DNA of 64,000 nt. Origin: Azolla caroliniana (taxonomy: Eukaryota; Plantae; Polypodiophyta). The DNA lies in contig JBHGNT010000016.1 in assembly GCA_043228905.1 (NCBI GenBank), forward strand, positions 12,586,001-12,650,000, written 5' to 3'. Of the stretch, positions 44,695 to 58,554 are shown in pieces. The notes under the pieces were generated by a model. That model did not search any database and was not told where the DNA came from. It saw only the letters and a list, made by a program, of their open reading frames with translations. The first letter of the stretch is position 1. Each line of letters starts with the position of its first letter. The position numbers and the translations under genes are program-made.

Positions 44695-45121
44695 ATTATG
44701 ATTGTATGGATATGTATGTGTGATTTTATACGATTATGAGTGTGAATGTCGGTGTGAGTGTGTGGTAGATACAAAGAGGTGTGAGTGAGTGACTAGGTGT
44801 GAATGCCAAGGGGGCTTGCACCCTTGTGTATCTACCCCTTTGTACCTATTTAACCCTTTATCGGGAATGAATGAATACAATGATCATTTTCTCTCTCAAT
44901 CTCTCTCTTGTCATTTCTCTCTCTCTTCCCTCCCCCTTAACGTTGAACCCCCTTGGGAGGGGGGTGGAGCCAATCTAGGCACCACCCCCCAACCCACAAT
45001 GCTTCTCAATGCTTGTCGTCTCTCTCACCATCAATCCCATAATGCTCATCATCCTCATCAAACACACCATCTCCATCACCAATCATCATTACCATTAACC
45101 CTAACCCTAAAACCTACAACA

Positions 45122-45429
45122 ATGTCCGCAATTGGACAAATGTCAAAGAGTCAGAGTCGGAACATAGAAAGAAATATAAAATGACTTTTTGCCATGTAGG
45201 AAAAATAGAATTAGTTAAAATAGTTTTGTTATAGTTATTGCCGAATAAGACAAATGTAAATCTTGGAAGAGAGACTCTCAAATTACCTATAAAAAGGGAT
45301 CGAGAGCATTGTAATTTTATCGTTCTATTTTGATTTAATATAAGTTAGTAGTTAGTGATGTGTTGTGTCGACTATATCTTATTTTATGCTTGATTGTTCT
45401 GTGTCTGTGTCGAACTTTTGGTTATTACA
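45122..45429 (+). repeat. Partial LTR of an unidentified element
   Basis: CCTATAAAAGGG TATA box, T/G-rich tract, ends TTATTACA at the boundary with a gypsy RT fragment. Confidence 0.5.
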
Positions 45430-46694
45430 CCTGCGAATTACCTTATTAAGCTAAATAGTCGATCATCAAGTACTTAGCAATCAGAGGAGTGTTCTCTATA
45501 GATCAAGCCCGAGTATAGAATAGTAGTTGTAATCCAATTTCCTACCACAATCATCTTGACAAAACGTTCAACCTATTGTGCCTGTCAATTACAGTAGTCG
45601 GTTGTCAGTCAATAGAACAACAATATTCGTTGTAGAACTGCTTGTAATGCCTAAATGTGTTGCAGCCATGTGGAAGTATGAATTAAAATGTCATCTAGGT
45701 AAACGAGCATTGTACCGTCAAAGATAAGGTCTGCGAATATTGAATTTGCCATCCATCGGAACGTGTTGCCTGCATCGGATAAGCCAAATGGCATCCAATT
45801 GAATTGGAATAGGCATCTTCGTGTTCTGAAAGTTGTCTTATGTGTGTCTTTTAAGTCCATTGGAGACTTGCCAATATTCTGTCGCAAGATCGATAGAGGT
45901 GAAGTACATCAAGCATCCCAACTGGTCTAAGAGATCATCAATTCACAACAGATGGTAAAGGTCGTGGATGGTGACTTGATTGAGCTTGCGAAAGTCAACA
46001 CAAAATTTGTATGTGTCATCATCCTTCTTGACCATGTGTGGCTCTGATACCCAATCACTATGTGAGGGTGAGATGATCACCATTTGAAGCATCTCATTCA
46101 CTGCCTGGTCAATGCGTGCATTATCTAAAGAGGAACGTTGCCTTGTTGTTGTTCAGACAGGTGTTGCACTCCCTATGTTGATGACATGTTGGACTGGGAA
46201 TGAGAGTGTAGTGGGCTTGTCAAGTGAGGTGATTAGCTCGGGATATTGAGCTAAAACCTTCTGCAAATCATTTAGTCGAACCTCCTTGCTCAAGGTGACT
46301 TGGGCATTGTTGATTTGGTGGTCACGTTTGCTTATGAACAGGGGAACTGACCTTGCTTGCAATAATGTGAGGTGACATGTATCAAAATATAGTTGGGCCC
46401 TGCTTTGCATCAACCAACCACATCCGAATGTGAGTGGGAACAATTGATGCGGAAGTACATAGAAGGTGTGCGTGATTGTGGTTGGGCCAAGCTTGAGTGT
46501 GCAGACAGCTATGGTGTTGGACTAATATAGGCATTGGTGGTCGCCGAACAACACCTTGATGGGGGGGACTTTGGAGGTTGCAAGATTGAGACGATCAACG
46601 AAATCTTGGCTGATGGAAAATATGCTACCACTGGAATCGAAGTTCGTGTGGGCTATGGAGGATTGTGGCGATGGTTGTGCACATGGGAGAACTT
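45430..46694 (-). pseudogene. Old Ty3/gypsy protease-RT fragment
   Basis: FDSSGS protease-like motif, KTTFRT, WMPFGLSDA, LVYLDDILIH. Confidence 0.8.
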
Positions 46695-47509
46695 TGTTGG
46701 ACTTGGATCGTAGACCTACAAACAAGACACATTGAATCGGACTGATGAAGATTGCAAAACAACAAAGTACACAATGATACACATGGTTTTACATGGAAAC
46801 CCTAAACTGGGAAAACCACGGGGAACAGAGATTCCACTATACAACAGAGAATACAAGACTAGATCACAATACAACACTTTTCACATAGACTGTATTAGCC
46901 ACGCATGGCTCTTAGCATCTAACCTCACTTGGCTATGGCGCCGCTCTCGCTCTCGCTCTCTCTCTCCCTCACTACATCTCTAGCCTACTCAGTTCTACAA
47001 TTTTGTTCTACACTTTGTTGCTTTGCCCTAAGTGTATTTATACTTATTACACTAAATGGGCTATTTACAAAATGTAGCCTCTACTACGTTCATTCCTATT
47101 ATTATACTAATAACAGTATTAGTTAATCAGTTGACTAGTCAAATCAACTAGCTGACTCCAATGTCGACTGTCCAGTCGGCCCGACTAGTCAGCCTCATCT
47201 TCGACCATCCCGTCAACCCGACTAGTCGGTCGTGTCTTTAACTTGGATCATCTTTTATATTGTCGACTCCCCCTTGTCATCGATTGTCAGCTCTCAGCCC
47301 GACCAGTTCACTCCTCCGGAGGGACATGTTCCTAACAAACTCCCCCTTCACTCCTATGGGTGGTGTCGGTTAGTCCTGTCCTTTGTCGACAGACTTTGAG
47401 TTTGTCCATCGGCAGGTTCTTCGTAAGCATGTTGGATCCATTGTTGTCAGTATGGATCTTCACCAGGGTAAACTCTCCTTGTTCCACTTTCACCTGCAAC
47501 CAGTGATAC

Positions 47510-50500
47510 TGATGTGAAAAATGCGTAATAATCTTCGGCCACAACCGAGACTTAGATCACTTAATGATAATTAAACACAAAAGAAATGGGCAATAAAGAT
47601 AAATGCACGAACACACATAAGTGAGAGAGAGTACACAGTATGTTAACATGGACAACCCTGAGAGGGAAAAACCACGGGAGCCCACAGACTCCAAACTATC
47701 ACTATGTCAAAGAATACAACAAGGGGGGGGCACAGAGGCAACGACCTCGTGCTCACACTCTTTGCCTGGCACGGTTACAGCAGAGACTTGCTCTTTTTCT
47801 CTCTCGCTCGCTCTCTATTATGCTCTATACAGCAGATACACAAAATATGACAACAACAACAACAAACTCTGTTTGCCCTAGGTCATATTTATACTAATAT
47901 GACTTTTGGGCTATTTACAAATATAGCCCCAATGGGCTCTCAGAAACATATTTACATATGTGTCCCTTCATCCGGTGAGAGGTTCTCACCGAGCCTGCAT
48001 CATCCGATTCTCACCGGGCCTTCCTTGTCGGGTAATTATCATCCGGTTCTCACCAGGTCTTCCGTTGTCGGGTACTTATATCCCATCCGGAGGGACCGAA
48101 ATCCTAAAAAACTCCCCCTTCACTCCAACATGGGATGCCTTGTCAATCCGATCCTCTTCCTGCAAGCATCTAGTTTGTCGGGTGTTAGCACTTTGCTCAG
48201 CATATTTGACCCGTTCTCCCCCGTGTGGATTTTCGTCAGCACGAACTCTCGATCTTCCACTCGCTCCCGAATCCAGTGGTACCTCCGCTGAGTGTGCTTC
48301 GTCCTGGAATGATATGCCGCGTTCTTCGTAAGGTGGGTGGCACTTTGATTGTCGCAATCGATCCGGTATTCCTCTTGCCGGATCCCTAGCTCTCCGATGA
48401 ATTCCTTCATCCATAATATTTCCTTGCCGGCTTCCACGGCTGCCATGTACTGCACTTTCGTGGTTGATAGCGCTTCTGCAGCCTCAACTGCCACGAAACA
48501 GCTCCCCTTGCATATGTCCTAACATATCCCGATGTTGACCGACTAGTATCCGCATCAGCCGGCATATCCGAATCGGTGAAACTGTCAACTTGGGGTTTAT
48601 CGGAGACACATAGTTGAGGTGCCTTTCAAGTACCAGAGTATCCATTTTACTACATTCTAGTGCTCCTTACCGGGATTGCTCATGAACCGGCACACCACTC
48701 CGATTGTGTATCCAATATCCGGTCGAGTACACACCATTGCGTACATTAAGCTCCTGACGGCAGAGGCATAGGGTATCTTCATCATATCTGCCTTCTCTGC
48801 CTTCGTCTTCGGGCTTTGCTTACAGGATAGCCTACAGTTTGCCGGGAGTGTCGATCCGATTAGTTTCGCATCTGACATGTTGAACCGCTGAAGCACCTTT
48901 GTCACGTATTTCTCTTGTGACAGCCACAATTGCTTCTTTGACTGGTCCCGGATGATATGCATCCCTAGTATCTGTCTTGCCATACCCAAGTCTTTCATTG
49001 AGGATGTCTGGTTAAGGGCCTTCTTCAGCATCCGAATCTTCTCTTGGTCCTGTCCGACGATCAACATGTCGTCCACATATAGGAGCAATATCAGGAAGTC
49101 TCCTCCATCGAATTTCTTCACAAATATGCAGTGATCGGCCTGCATCTTGTGGTACCCTTGATCGGTCATGAAGGAGTCAAACTTCTGGTACCATTTCCAG
49201 GGAGCTTCCTTCAATCCATATAAGTTCTTCTTCTGCTGGGACACCAGGTGCTCCTTCCCTTTGTTCACAAATCCCTCCAGTTGCTGCATGTAGATCTTCT
49301 CTTCGAGGTCATTGTGGAGGAACATCATCTTCACGTCTAACAGCTCTACCTCGAGGTCCATGCTTGCTACTATGCTCAGAACCGTCTGGATGGAAGTCAT
49401 CTTTACTACCGGGGCAAATATCTCATTGAAGCCCACCCCTCTTCTGTTGGAACCCCTTCACCACGATCCTCGCTTTCTATCTCGAGGGGTTACCAGCATC
49501 TCCCGGTTTCAGCTTGTACACCCACTTGTTCCGGAGTGCCCGCTTCCCTTTCAGCAACTCCACGAATTCATACGTGTGGTTCTCATGCAAGGAATCCATC
49601 TCGTCCTACATGGCACTTAACCATTTCCGGCTATGGGTGTCATCTCTCGCTTCTTCGAAGCTTTCCGGCTCCCCCTCATCAGTCAGCAACACATGATCTG
49701 CATCTGGAAATCTCCGAGAGGCTCTTCTTTCTCAGAGAGGATATCTCTGTCCTCGGTTTTCGGTAACTGGCTCCTATGTCTATTCTTCATCCGAATCCAA
49801 TTTGGGGTCTTGTCCGGTTCTGGTTTCAGCTTCCTCTCCTTCTTCTGCCGGTTCGGTATCCTCACCGTAACCGGCCGGTTCTTCGAGTGTCAACCGGCTC
49901 TTAGCCGGGTAGGTCTGAATCTCATCGGTTTGGTCCTTACCAGTCGACTCGAGGTTCATTATCTTCTTCTCCGACTCCCAGTCGGCAAGGGTCTTGTCCT
50001 CCATGAAGATAATATCTCGACTCCGGAACACCTTCTTGTCGACAGGGCCCCACACTCGGTAGCCGAACTCATCATCGCCATATCCGAGGAATATGCAAGG
50101 CCAAGACTTTGAATCCAACTTTGCTCTCCGGTCCTTTGCCTCATGCACGTAAGAGAGACACCCGAACACCTTCAGGTGCCGATAAGACACTTCCTTACCA
50201 GTCCATACTCTCTGTGGCGTGTCTCCATCCAAGGGCACTGAGGGTGATCTGTTTATCACATACGTCGTTGTCGACAGCGCCTCAGCCCAAAACATCTTGG
50301 GTAACTTGGCATGTGCTAACATACTCCGGACCCTCTCCATTATGGTCCGGTTCATCCTCTCGGCCAGCCCATTGAGTTCCAGAGTCTTCGACACGGTAAA
50401 TTCAAGTCGGATTCCCTTCACGCGACAGTACTCCTCGAACTGCCCACGGTATTCTCCTCCGTTATCTGCTCGAACTGCCTTCAGCTTCCGGCCTGTTTCT

Positions 50501-52304
50501 CTTTCCACTCTTGTGTGGAGCTCCTAGACGGATAACACCTGATCCTTCGTCTTCAACGGTGTGGCCCACAGCTTCCGGATGTGGTCGTCTATGAACGTCA
50601 CAAAGTACTGCGATCCGGCATGTGACTTCATGTCCACTTGACACACAAGCTCCAGTGGTGCATTACGTCTCATCGGTGGTCTTGACCGAAAGGAGGTGCG
50701 GTTTTGCTTGCCAACCAGGCAGTCGGTGCACCTCTCAAGATGCACATCCTTCACCGGAATGAGGTTGTCATCGACAAGCCTCTTCATCCCCTTCTCGTTC
50801 ATGTGACACAATCTCTTGTGCCACAGCTCACTGGCAATATCGGATGCAACGTTCACTTCTTCTCGGCGTAACCGAGCATTCATTAGGTACAACGTGTTGA
50901 CTATCCAGGCACGAGCCACTATTAGGCTCGCTTTGTTGAACTTCATGACTCTGTTCCAGATGGTACCCGTGTAGCCTTCATCATCTAGCCGACCGGCTGA
51001 TATCAGGTCTAGTTGAACCTCCGGAACGTGTTGGACATCCTTCAACAACAACTTGCATCCGGTTGGTATTGTCAGCCACACGTCTCCTATGCCGACAATT
51101 CGGCATGTCCCTTCATTCCCCATCTAGACACAGTCGTGCTCACTGGTTGTGTAGGATGAGAAACATTTCCCGTCCAGGGTCAGGTGGAACGACGCTCCGA
51201 AATCGACAACCCATGTTGTCTCGTCGCCGGCAAGGTTTAGCTCACTCTCCTTGGTGATGAGCATCAACTCCTCTTCACTTGCCGTGATTGTCGTCGTTCC
51301 CTTCTGGTCCGGTCCTCTCCAATCCGAATCATTTCGGTCCGGTGACTTCTTCGAATCGGTACTATCGGTTCCCTTGTCTTTCCGGAAATGCCGATAGTTC
51401 TTCTGGAAGTGTCCCGGCTTGCCGCAATAGAAGCATGTGGGCCTCCCCCTTGACTTTGACCGTGTCCTCGACTTTTCCCGGTTCTGGGGACTCCGATTCC
51501 TTTGTCTTCCACGTTCCGATTCGGTAGGGAGCGCTTTGGAGTCGGAGCTCATATCCTTGTCTTTCCGATGCGCCTCCTCATCTAGCAAGCTCAACTTGAC
51601 TCTTGCTAGGGACAATTGCTTCCCTTCCGGCCCGGCATTGCCCAAAGTGACAACCAACGTCTCCTAGCTATCCGGGAGGGAACCGAGCAGGAGTAGTGCT
51701 AGTACCTCATCGGCAAGAGGTACTTCCAACGATGTTGCCTGGTGAATCAGCCCCTGGATGGCATTCATGTGCTTCGCCATACTGGAGCCATCTTCGTACC
51801 GGAGCCTCACTAGCTTCTGGAATACCAAAACCACGAGAGCCCACAGGCTCCAAACTATCACTATTTCAAAGGATACAACAAGGGGGGGCACGGAGGCAAC
51901 GACCTCGTGCTCACACTCTTCGCCTGGCAGTGGTTACAACAGAGACTTGCTCTGTTTCTCTCTCTCTCACTCTCTGTTACGTTCTGAACAACAGTTACAG
52001 AAAATATGAAAACAACAACAAACTCTGTTTGCCCTAGGTCATATTTATACTAATATGACTTTTGGGCTATTTCCAAATATAGCCCCAATGGGCTCTCAGA
52101 AACATATTTACATATGTGTCCCTTCATCCGGTGAGAGGTTCTCATCGGGCCTGCATCATCCGGTTCTCACCGGGTCTTCCTTGTCGGGTACACATCATCC
52201 AGTTCTCATCGGGCCTTCCTTGTCAAGTACTTATCATCTGGTTCTCATCAGGTCTTCTGTTGTCGGGTACTTATATCCCATCCGGAGGGACCGAAATCCT
52301 AACA
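47510..52304 (-). mobile_element. Copia element I (Tnt1/Tork-like) nested in J RNase H
   Basis: Perfect TSD GATAC; 3' LTR 47510-48109, PPT 48110-48127; 5' LTR remnant 51827-52304 (PBS and gag start deleted); ORFs with CFYCGKPGH, VRADNGGEY, LYVDDMLI. Confidence 0.92.
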
Positions 52305-52343
52305 GATACTCTTATGTATATGTTTGGTCCTGGAGTGGTACAC

Positions 52344-53583
52344 TGTCGCAAAAATACGACGAGGATACGTGAACTTGAGGCAAGACCCCGGGGCCTCCGA
52401 CCGGAGGATATCAGATTTGTATGTTTATATTAAAGAATTAATGCAAAATGAGAAAGATCCACAAATTTCATTTATAAAGGGAAAGAAAGATTACAATCAA
52501 TCCCAAGATTGGGATTACAAAAGTTTTAGTTTATGGAGATTACTAGAGTAATAGATTAGAAGAATTTGAGATATGGATTCCATAGAAAATTAGGGTTTTT
52601 TGGCTTTCATAAGAGATTATGGTTTATGAGTTGAATAGCTTCCGTATGGAAATTTGGAATTATGAGTGATAGATCCCCTAAGAAAATTTGGATTCTTCCT
52701 TTTTGTCTCTCACCCATCCCTTTGCATGCGTTCCACATGGCGTTTTTATTTTAGTTGCATGATCTCTCCACTTTTTCTTTTCATGCCTTCCATATGATCT
52801 TTACTTTATGCATGCCCTCCAACTTTAGATGCATGCGTCCACATGGCCTTTACTTTAGTCTCTTTTACTTTACTTTACCACATCATCCTATCATCTGTCC
52901 GTCTCGATCGTCGCCCATCCAATTCGTCCGTCTCGATCACCGCCCATCCAATCCATCCGGTCCGCGTCCAACCTCATTCGGTCGTTGGTTCCGCCCGATC
53001 ACCGGTTCCGTCCGGTCGCCAAATGTCGGATCCGCCTAGTTTCCGACTCCATCCGATTGCCGATTTCACCAGTTCCAATTTGATTAACGGTCGGTTCCAG
53101 TTTGCTTTCCGACCAATTCCGGTTTGCTTACCGACCGATTCTGGTTTGGTTTCCAACTGGTTCCAATTTGGTTTCCGGTTTACCGGCCGGTTCCAAATTG
53201 ATTTCTGGCCGATTCCGGATTGGTTTCCGGCCGATTCCGGTTCGATTTTATTGCCAGTCAGTTTTTGGGAACTTGGTCACATTCATCCATCTAGACAAAG
53301 TGGCCAAAGTGCTCTTAGCACAAATGAAAAATGTGGGATCTCAATGTGCTTATATAGCCAGGGCCTTAAGTTTCCTATCTATGTGGAATAAATCATAGTT
53401 CTATTTTCCCTATCTTCTCAAACTTCATGTTCTCATAACTTGATATGTAGTTGTCCATTTTGTATCTAGTAAAATTCGTTTTGAAGCTCTTGAGTACATC
53501 CATCTTTCTATAACAAGCTACTAATCTAATCTAAAATAATTATTTCATTATTTTTTTCATAGTGTGTGAAGATTCACACTAGA
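52344..53583 (-). repeat. Probable solo LTR K (D/Phygy-like) inserted in J
   Basis: Starts TGTCG; GGGGCCTCCGACCGGAGG...TTTGTAT resembles the D LTR; flanks ACAC/ACGC restore host KNVAYH; right terminus imperfect (CTAGA). Confidence 0.6.
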
Positions 53584-56169
53584 ACGCAACATTCTTGGCT
53601 AAATGTATGGAACTCTAGCTATCACAACGAAGAAGGAACTCCCTTTGCTTCATTCCCAACTCGCTGAGAAAATTTCTCATCCAATCAACTCCTTACCGGC
53701 CTCTACCACTGCCATGTACTCTACCTTTGTGGTCGACAACATCACAGATTTCTGCAGTCTTGAATGCCATGACACTGCCCCTTGCATAGGTCATCACGTA
53801 CCCTGAAGTGGATCGACTTGAATCTACATCCCTCGACATGTCCGAATCGGTAAAACCATCGAACGTAGGTTTTCCGACACCATACCTTAGGCATACCCTC
53901 GAGGTGCCTTTCAAGTACCTAAGTATCCATTTGACGGTTGCCTAGTGTTCTCGTCTTGGATTACCCATATATCAGATTACTACCCCCACAACAATTTCTT
54001 TGTCTGGCCTCGTACAAACCATGGCATACATTAAACTACTGTCAGCCGAGGCATATGGTACTTTCCTCATCTCAACCTTTTCTTTCTCGCTCCTTGGGCA
54101 TTGCTTTGCATTCAACTTGCAATTTGTCGGCAAGACAGAGCCGACTGGCTTTGCTTCCGACATGTTGAACTTTTCTAGGATCTTCGTAACATATTTCTCT
54201 TGTGACAACCCCACCACTTTCTTAGTCCTGTCCCGAACTATGTGTATCCCCAAGACATGTTTTGCCGGTCTAAGATCTTTCATGGCAAACGACTTGCCTA
54301 AAGCTTTCTTCAAGCTTCCAATCTTTTTCGTGTCAACATGTCATCCACATATAATAAAAGAATTAAGAAGCCGCATTCATCATACCTTTTTACGAACATG
54401 TTGGGATATGCTTGTGTTTTTTGGAACCCATGTTCCTACATGAAGGACTCAAACTTCTTGTACCATTTGCATGGAGCTTGTTTCAGACCATACAAGTTAT
54501 TCTTCAGTCGACACACCAGGTTCTCTTTCCCTTTCTCCACAAAGCCTTCGGGCTGCTCCATATAGATTTCTTAATCTAGCTCCCCGTGCAAGAATGTTGT
54601 TTTGACATCTAATTGTTCGATCTCCAAGTCCATAGTGGTTGTTATGCTCAGAATAGTTCGAATTGATGTTATCTTCACGACTAGTGCAAATATTTCGTCG
54701 AAGTTGACACTCTTTTTCTATTGAAATCCCTTCACCACAATGCGGGCTTTATATCTGGGTGCCCTGTCGACTTCTCCAGTCTTCACCTTGTAGAACCACT
54801 TATTTCTGAGTGCTCTCTTACCTTCTGGTAGCTCCACCAAGTCGTAAATATAGTTTTCGTGCAAGGAGTCCATCTCGTCTTGCACTGCACTCTACCATTT
54901 CTCCTCGTGCTCGTCGTCAATGGCTTCATCATAGCACTGAAGCTCACCTTCATCAATCAAGAGGATGTATTGACTAGCATATGTCGTTGGTGCTCTCCTT
55001 TCTCAGAGTATGTATCTCCTTCCGCTCGTTGTCGGCTTCAGTTCGGATGTCTCTGCCGACTCTTCTCTTGGTTCGGGTTCATATGTATCGATTGGTCATT
55101 GAGAGTTATCTTATTCCAAGTCGTATTCCTCGATCAACTTCAGTATGTCCTCGATTCCGACTCATCTATGTTAGTCCGTTGCTTCGAGTCGACTGGCTCG
55201 GATTCAGCTGTGCCGACTAGTTGTCTCCGAATAGCCGACTGTGTTGGTTCACTTGGCCTTAAGTTCGTAGTAGTGGGAGGTGACTGGGAAGTCAATTCTG
55301 ACACCTATTGCTTCCAATCCTTAATCTTCTAACCCCTCTCTTCACTACCTTCTTATCGATTAAGTCCCACAGTCTGTAGCTGAACTCGTCCTCCAAGTAT
55401 CCCATGAATATGCATGGTTTCACCTTGTTGTCGAGTTTTGACGTCTGATCCTTAGCCACATGCGTATACACTAAACATCCAAACAGCCTCAGGTGCCGAT
55501 AGGAGACATCCTTTCCTGTCCACACTCTTTGTGGGACATCACCTTTCAATGGTACTGAGGGAGACCTGTTGATAAGATAAACATTTGTATAGATCGCCTC
55601 AACCCAATACGATTTCGGTACTTTTGCATCAGAGAGCATGCTCCTTACTCTCTCCATGATCTTTCAATTCATCCTCTCTACAAGCCCGTTCAACTCAAGG
55701 GTCTTTGGCATTGTGTATTGTATTCGATTCGAATACCTTGGGCCTTGCAGTATTCCTCGAACTACCCTCTATATTCGCCACCGTTGTCAGTTCCGACAAC
55801 CTTCAACATCCGACCCGACTCTCTCTTGGTCCTTGCCTGGAACTCCTTGAACATTGACAGTACTTGATCCTTCAACTTTAGTATGATGGCCCATGTCTTC
55901 TTACTATAGTCGTCAATAAACGTTACGAAGTATTGTCCACCTCGATGTGATGGAGCATCCACATAGCACACGTCGATGTGCACTAGTTCCAGTGCAGCTT
56001 CTCTCCTCCTTGGTGGTCTTGTGTGGAATGTTGCTCTGTTCTGCTTTCCGACTAAGCAGTTGACACACTTCTCCAAGTGTACTCCTTTCACTTATGGGAG
56101 AAGTTCTTGGTCGGCTAGCATATGCATTCTCTTCTCACTCATGTGGCCTAGTCTTTTGTGCCATAACTC

Positions 56170-56705
56170 TGACGCGAAATATGCGGAATATTACTCAGCC
56201 ACAACCGAGTCTCAGATCATGTCGTTTAGAATCGAACACCGAGAATGGGAATGGAGGTGAATACACGTACACACAAACAATATGAGAGAGGGTACATAGT
56301 ATGTTAACGTGGAAAACCCTAAATGGGAAAAACCACGGGAGTCCACGAACTCCAACTATCACTATGTCAAGAGGAATACAATAGGTGAACACAGAGGCAA
56401 CAACCTCCTGCTCACAATCTTTGCTTGGCGGCGATTACAACAGAGAATCACTCTGTATCTCTCTCTCTCTCTCTTTGCTACGATTTGTATAGCAGTTACA
56501 CTGAATAACTCTATACAACAAATAATGACAACACACAATCAAGAGTTTGCCCTAGGTCATATTTATATTAATATGACTTTCGGGCTATTTACAAATATAG
56601 CCCCAGTGGGCTTTCTGGAACATATTTACATATATGTCCCTTCATCCGGTGAGAGGTTCTCACCGGGCCTTCATCATCCCATCCGGAGGGACCAAAATCC
56701 TAACA
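56170..56705 (-). repeat. Solo LTR L (I family) inserted in J
   Basis: TG...CA termini, perfect TSD AACTC, homologous to 47510-48109. Confidence 0.93.
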
Positions 56706-58554
56706 AACTCTCCACTTAAGTCAGGTGCCACATTTCCTTTCGACTTGTACAATCGAGCATGCATCATATACAGTGTGCCCTCTTTCTGTGCTTGGGCCAC
56801 AATGAGGTTTCCTCAACAGAACTTCCACTTGTTGTTTTGAAAACTACCATTATAGCCTTCATCATCCAACCTTCCGGTCGATATCAGGTTCAATATGATA
56901 TCGGGGACATGTCGAACTTCCCTCAGGGTCAGTCGACAACCTATCGACGTCATCAGGCATACAAGTCCTATACTAGCTATCTTGCACTCACCATCATCTC
57001 CCATCTTTACATAGCCATGATCCTCGGCTATGTAAGTCGAGAAGCACTCTCTTGATAGAGTGATATGGAAGGAAGCACCAGAGTTGATCACCCAAATGCA
57101 CTCTTGACTTGCAAGATTTGTGTTTGCTTGCTCACATATGAACAAGATCTCATTTGCACTCATAGCTATGGCCGATATGCCCTTTTCATTAGGAATCTTC
57201 CTGGGTTCGACATTATTGCCGACACTCTTGTCCTTCTTGAGGTGTCGACGATCCTTTTGGAAGTGTCTAGGATTTCCATAATAGAAGCATGTTAGCTTAC
57301 CTTTGGACTTGGACCTGGCTTGAGACTTTTCTCTCCTTGGTGGACTCCTTTGCCGATTTCTTCCTCAACCGATATGTTGAGTCAGATTTGACTTTGACTA
57401 GGATAGGAAACCCTTGTCCTTCCTTCTTGTCTCCTTGTTCAAGATGCTTGTCTTTACCACTTGTAGAGACAATTTCTCTTCTTGACACGAGGTACTGAGA
57501 GTTGCCACCAGGTTCTCCCAGCTGTCTGGCAAGGTACACAATAGTAGGATGGCTTGCATTGCATCCTCAAAGGGGAAACTTGGTTGCCACAAGTTGGTTT
57601 GCATACCCCATGATTTTGCTTACATGCTCGACTATGCTGTCCCCATCCCTGTATTTCAGCCTCACAATCTTTCTCATCAAGGATGTTTTGTTGAGGGCAT
57701 TCTTCCTCACATATAGGCCTGACAGCTTTTGCCACATCTCGTGGACATTTGTGTCATTCGCCACATGTTGAAGGACACTTACATCGACGCACTATCTTAT
57801 GGTGGCCACCGCCTTCCTATTCAAAAGTTTCCACTCAGACTTTAATACCCTTGTGGGTATTTCTGCTCTATTGATGGGCTCGTATAGACTATCTTCCAGT
57901 CTACATAGTTCTGAGAGTTTTGAACTATCATACCTGGGAAGTCACTCACTCCTCCTTCCATGCTTGCACCTCAAGCTCTGATACCAGTTTGTTGGACTTG
58001 GATCTTAGATCTACAAACAAGACATGTTGAATCGAACAAACGAAGATTGCAAAACATCAAAGTACACAATGATACACATGGTTTTACGTGGAAACCCTGA
58101 ATTCAAAAAATCACGGGGGACAAAGATTCCACTATACAACAGAGAATACAAGATGAGATCATAATACAACACTCTTCACACAGAGTGTATAAGCCACACA
58201 CAACTCTTGGCGTCTAACCTCACTTGGCTATGCCGCCGCTCTTGCTCTCTCTCCCTCACTATGTCTCTAGCCTGCTCAGTTCTATAGTTCTGTTTTACAC
58301 TTTGTTGCTTTGCCCTAAGTGTATTTATACTTATACACTAAATGGGCTATTTACAAATGTAGCCTCTACTACGTTCACTCCTATTATTATACTAATAACA
58401 GTATTAGTTAATCAATCGACTGTTCGAATCGACTATTTGACTCCATTGTTGATTGTCCAATCGGCTTGACTATTCAGCCTCATCTTTGACCATCTGGTCA
58501 CCCGACTAGTCGGTTGTGTCTTCGACTTGGATCACCTTTTATACTGTCAACTCC

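Larger units (their letters stand above)
39127..45121 (+). mobile_element. Gypsy element G (E/F family, F-type LTRs), rearranged
   Basis: 5' LTR remnant 39127-39266, PBS TGGCGACCACA 39272-39282, pol 40265-43079, extra ORF, 3' LTR remnant 44695-45121 ending AACCTACAACA. Confidence 0.88.
46695..58554 (-). mobile_element. Copia element J (Tnt1/Tork-like), decayed; hosts I, K, L; 5' LTR interrupted by M
   Basis: 3' LTR 46695-47337, PPT 47338-47354, 5' LTR 57990-58554, PBS-Met 57975-57986; gag/PR/INT/RT fragments 53584-57960. Confidence 0.88.

Noticed and set aside
28186-45121. F+G as one composite element with inverted LTRs (DIRS-like)
   Set aside because: Flanks ACAAC and ATGTC do not match, it has a DDE integrase rather than a tyrosine recombinase, and two separate PBSs indicate two fused elements
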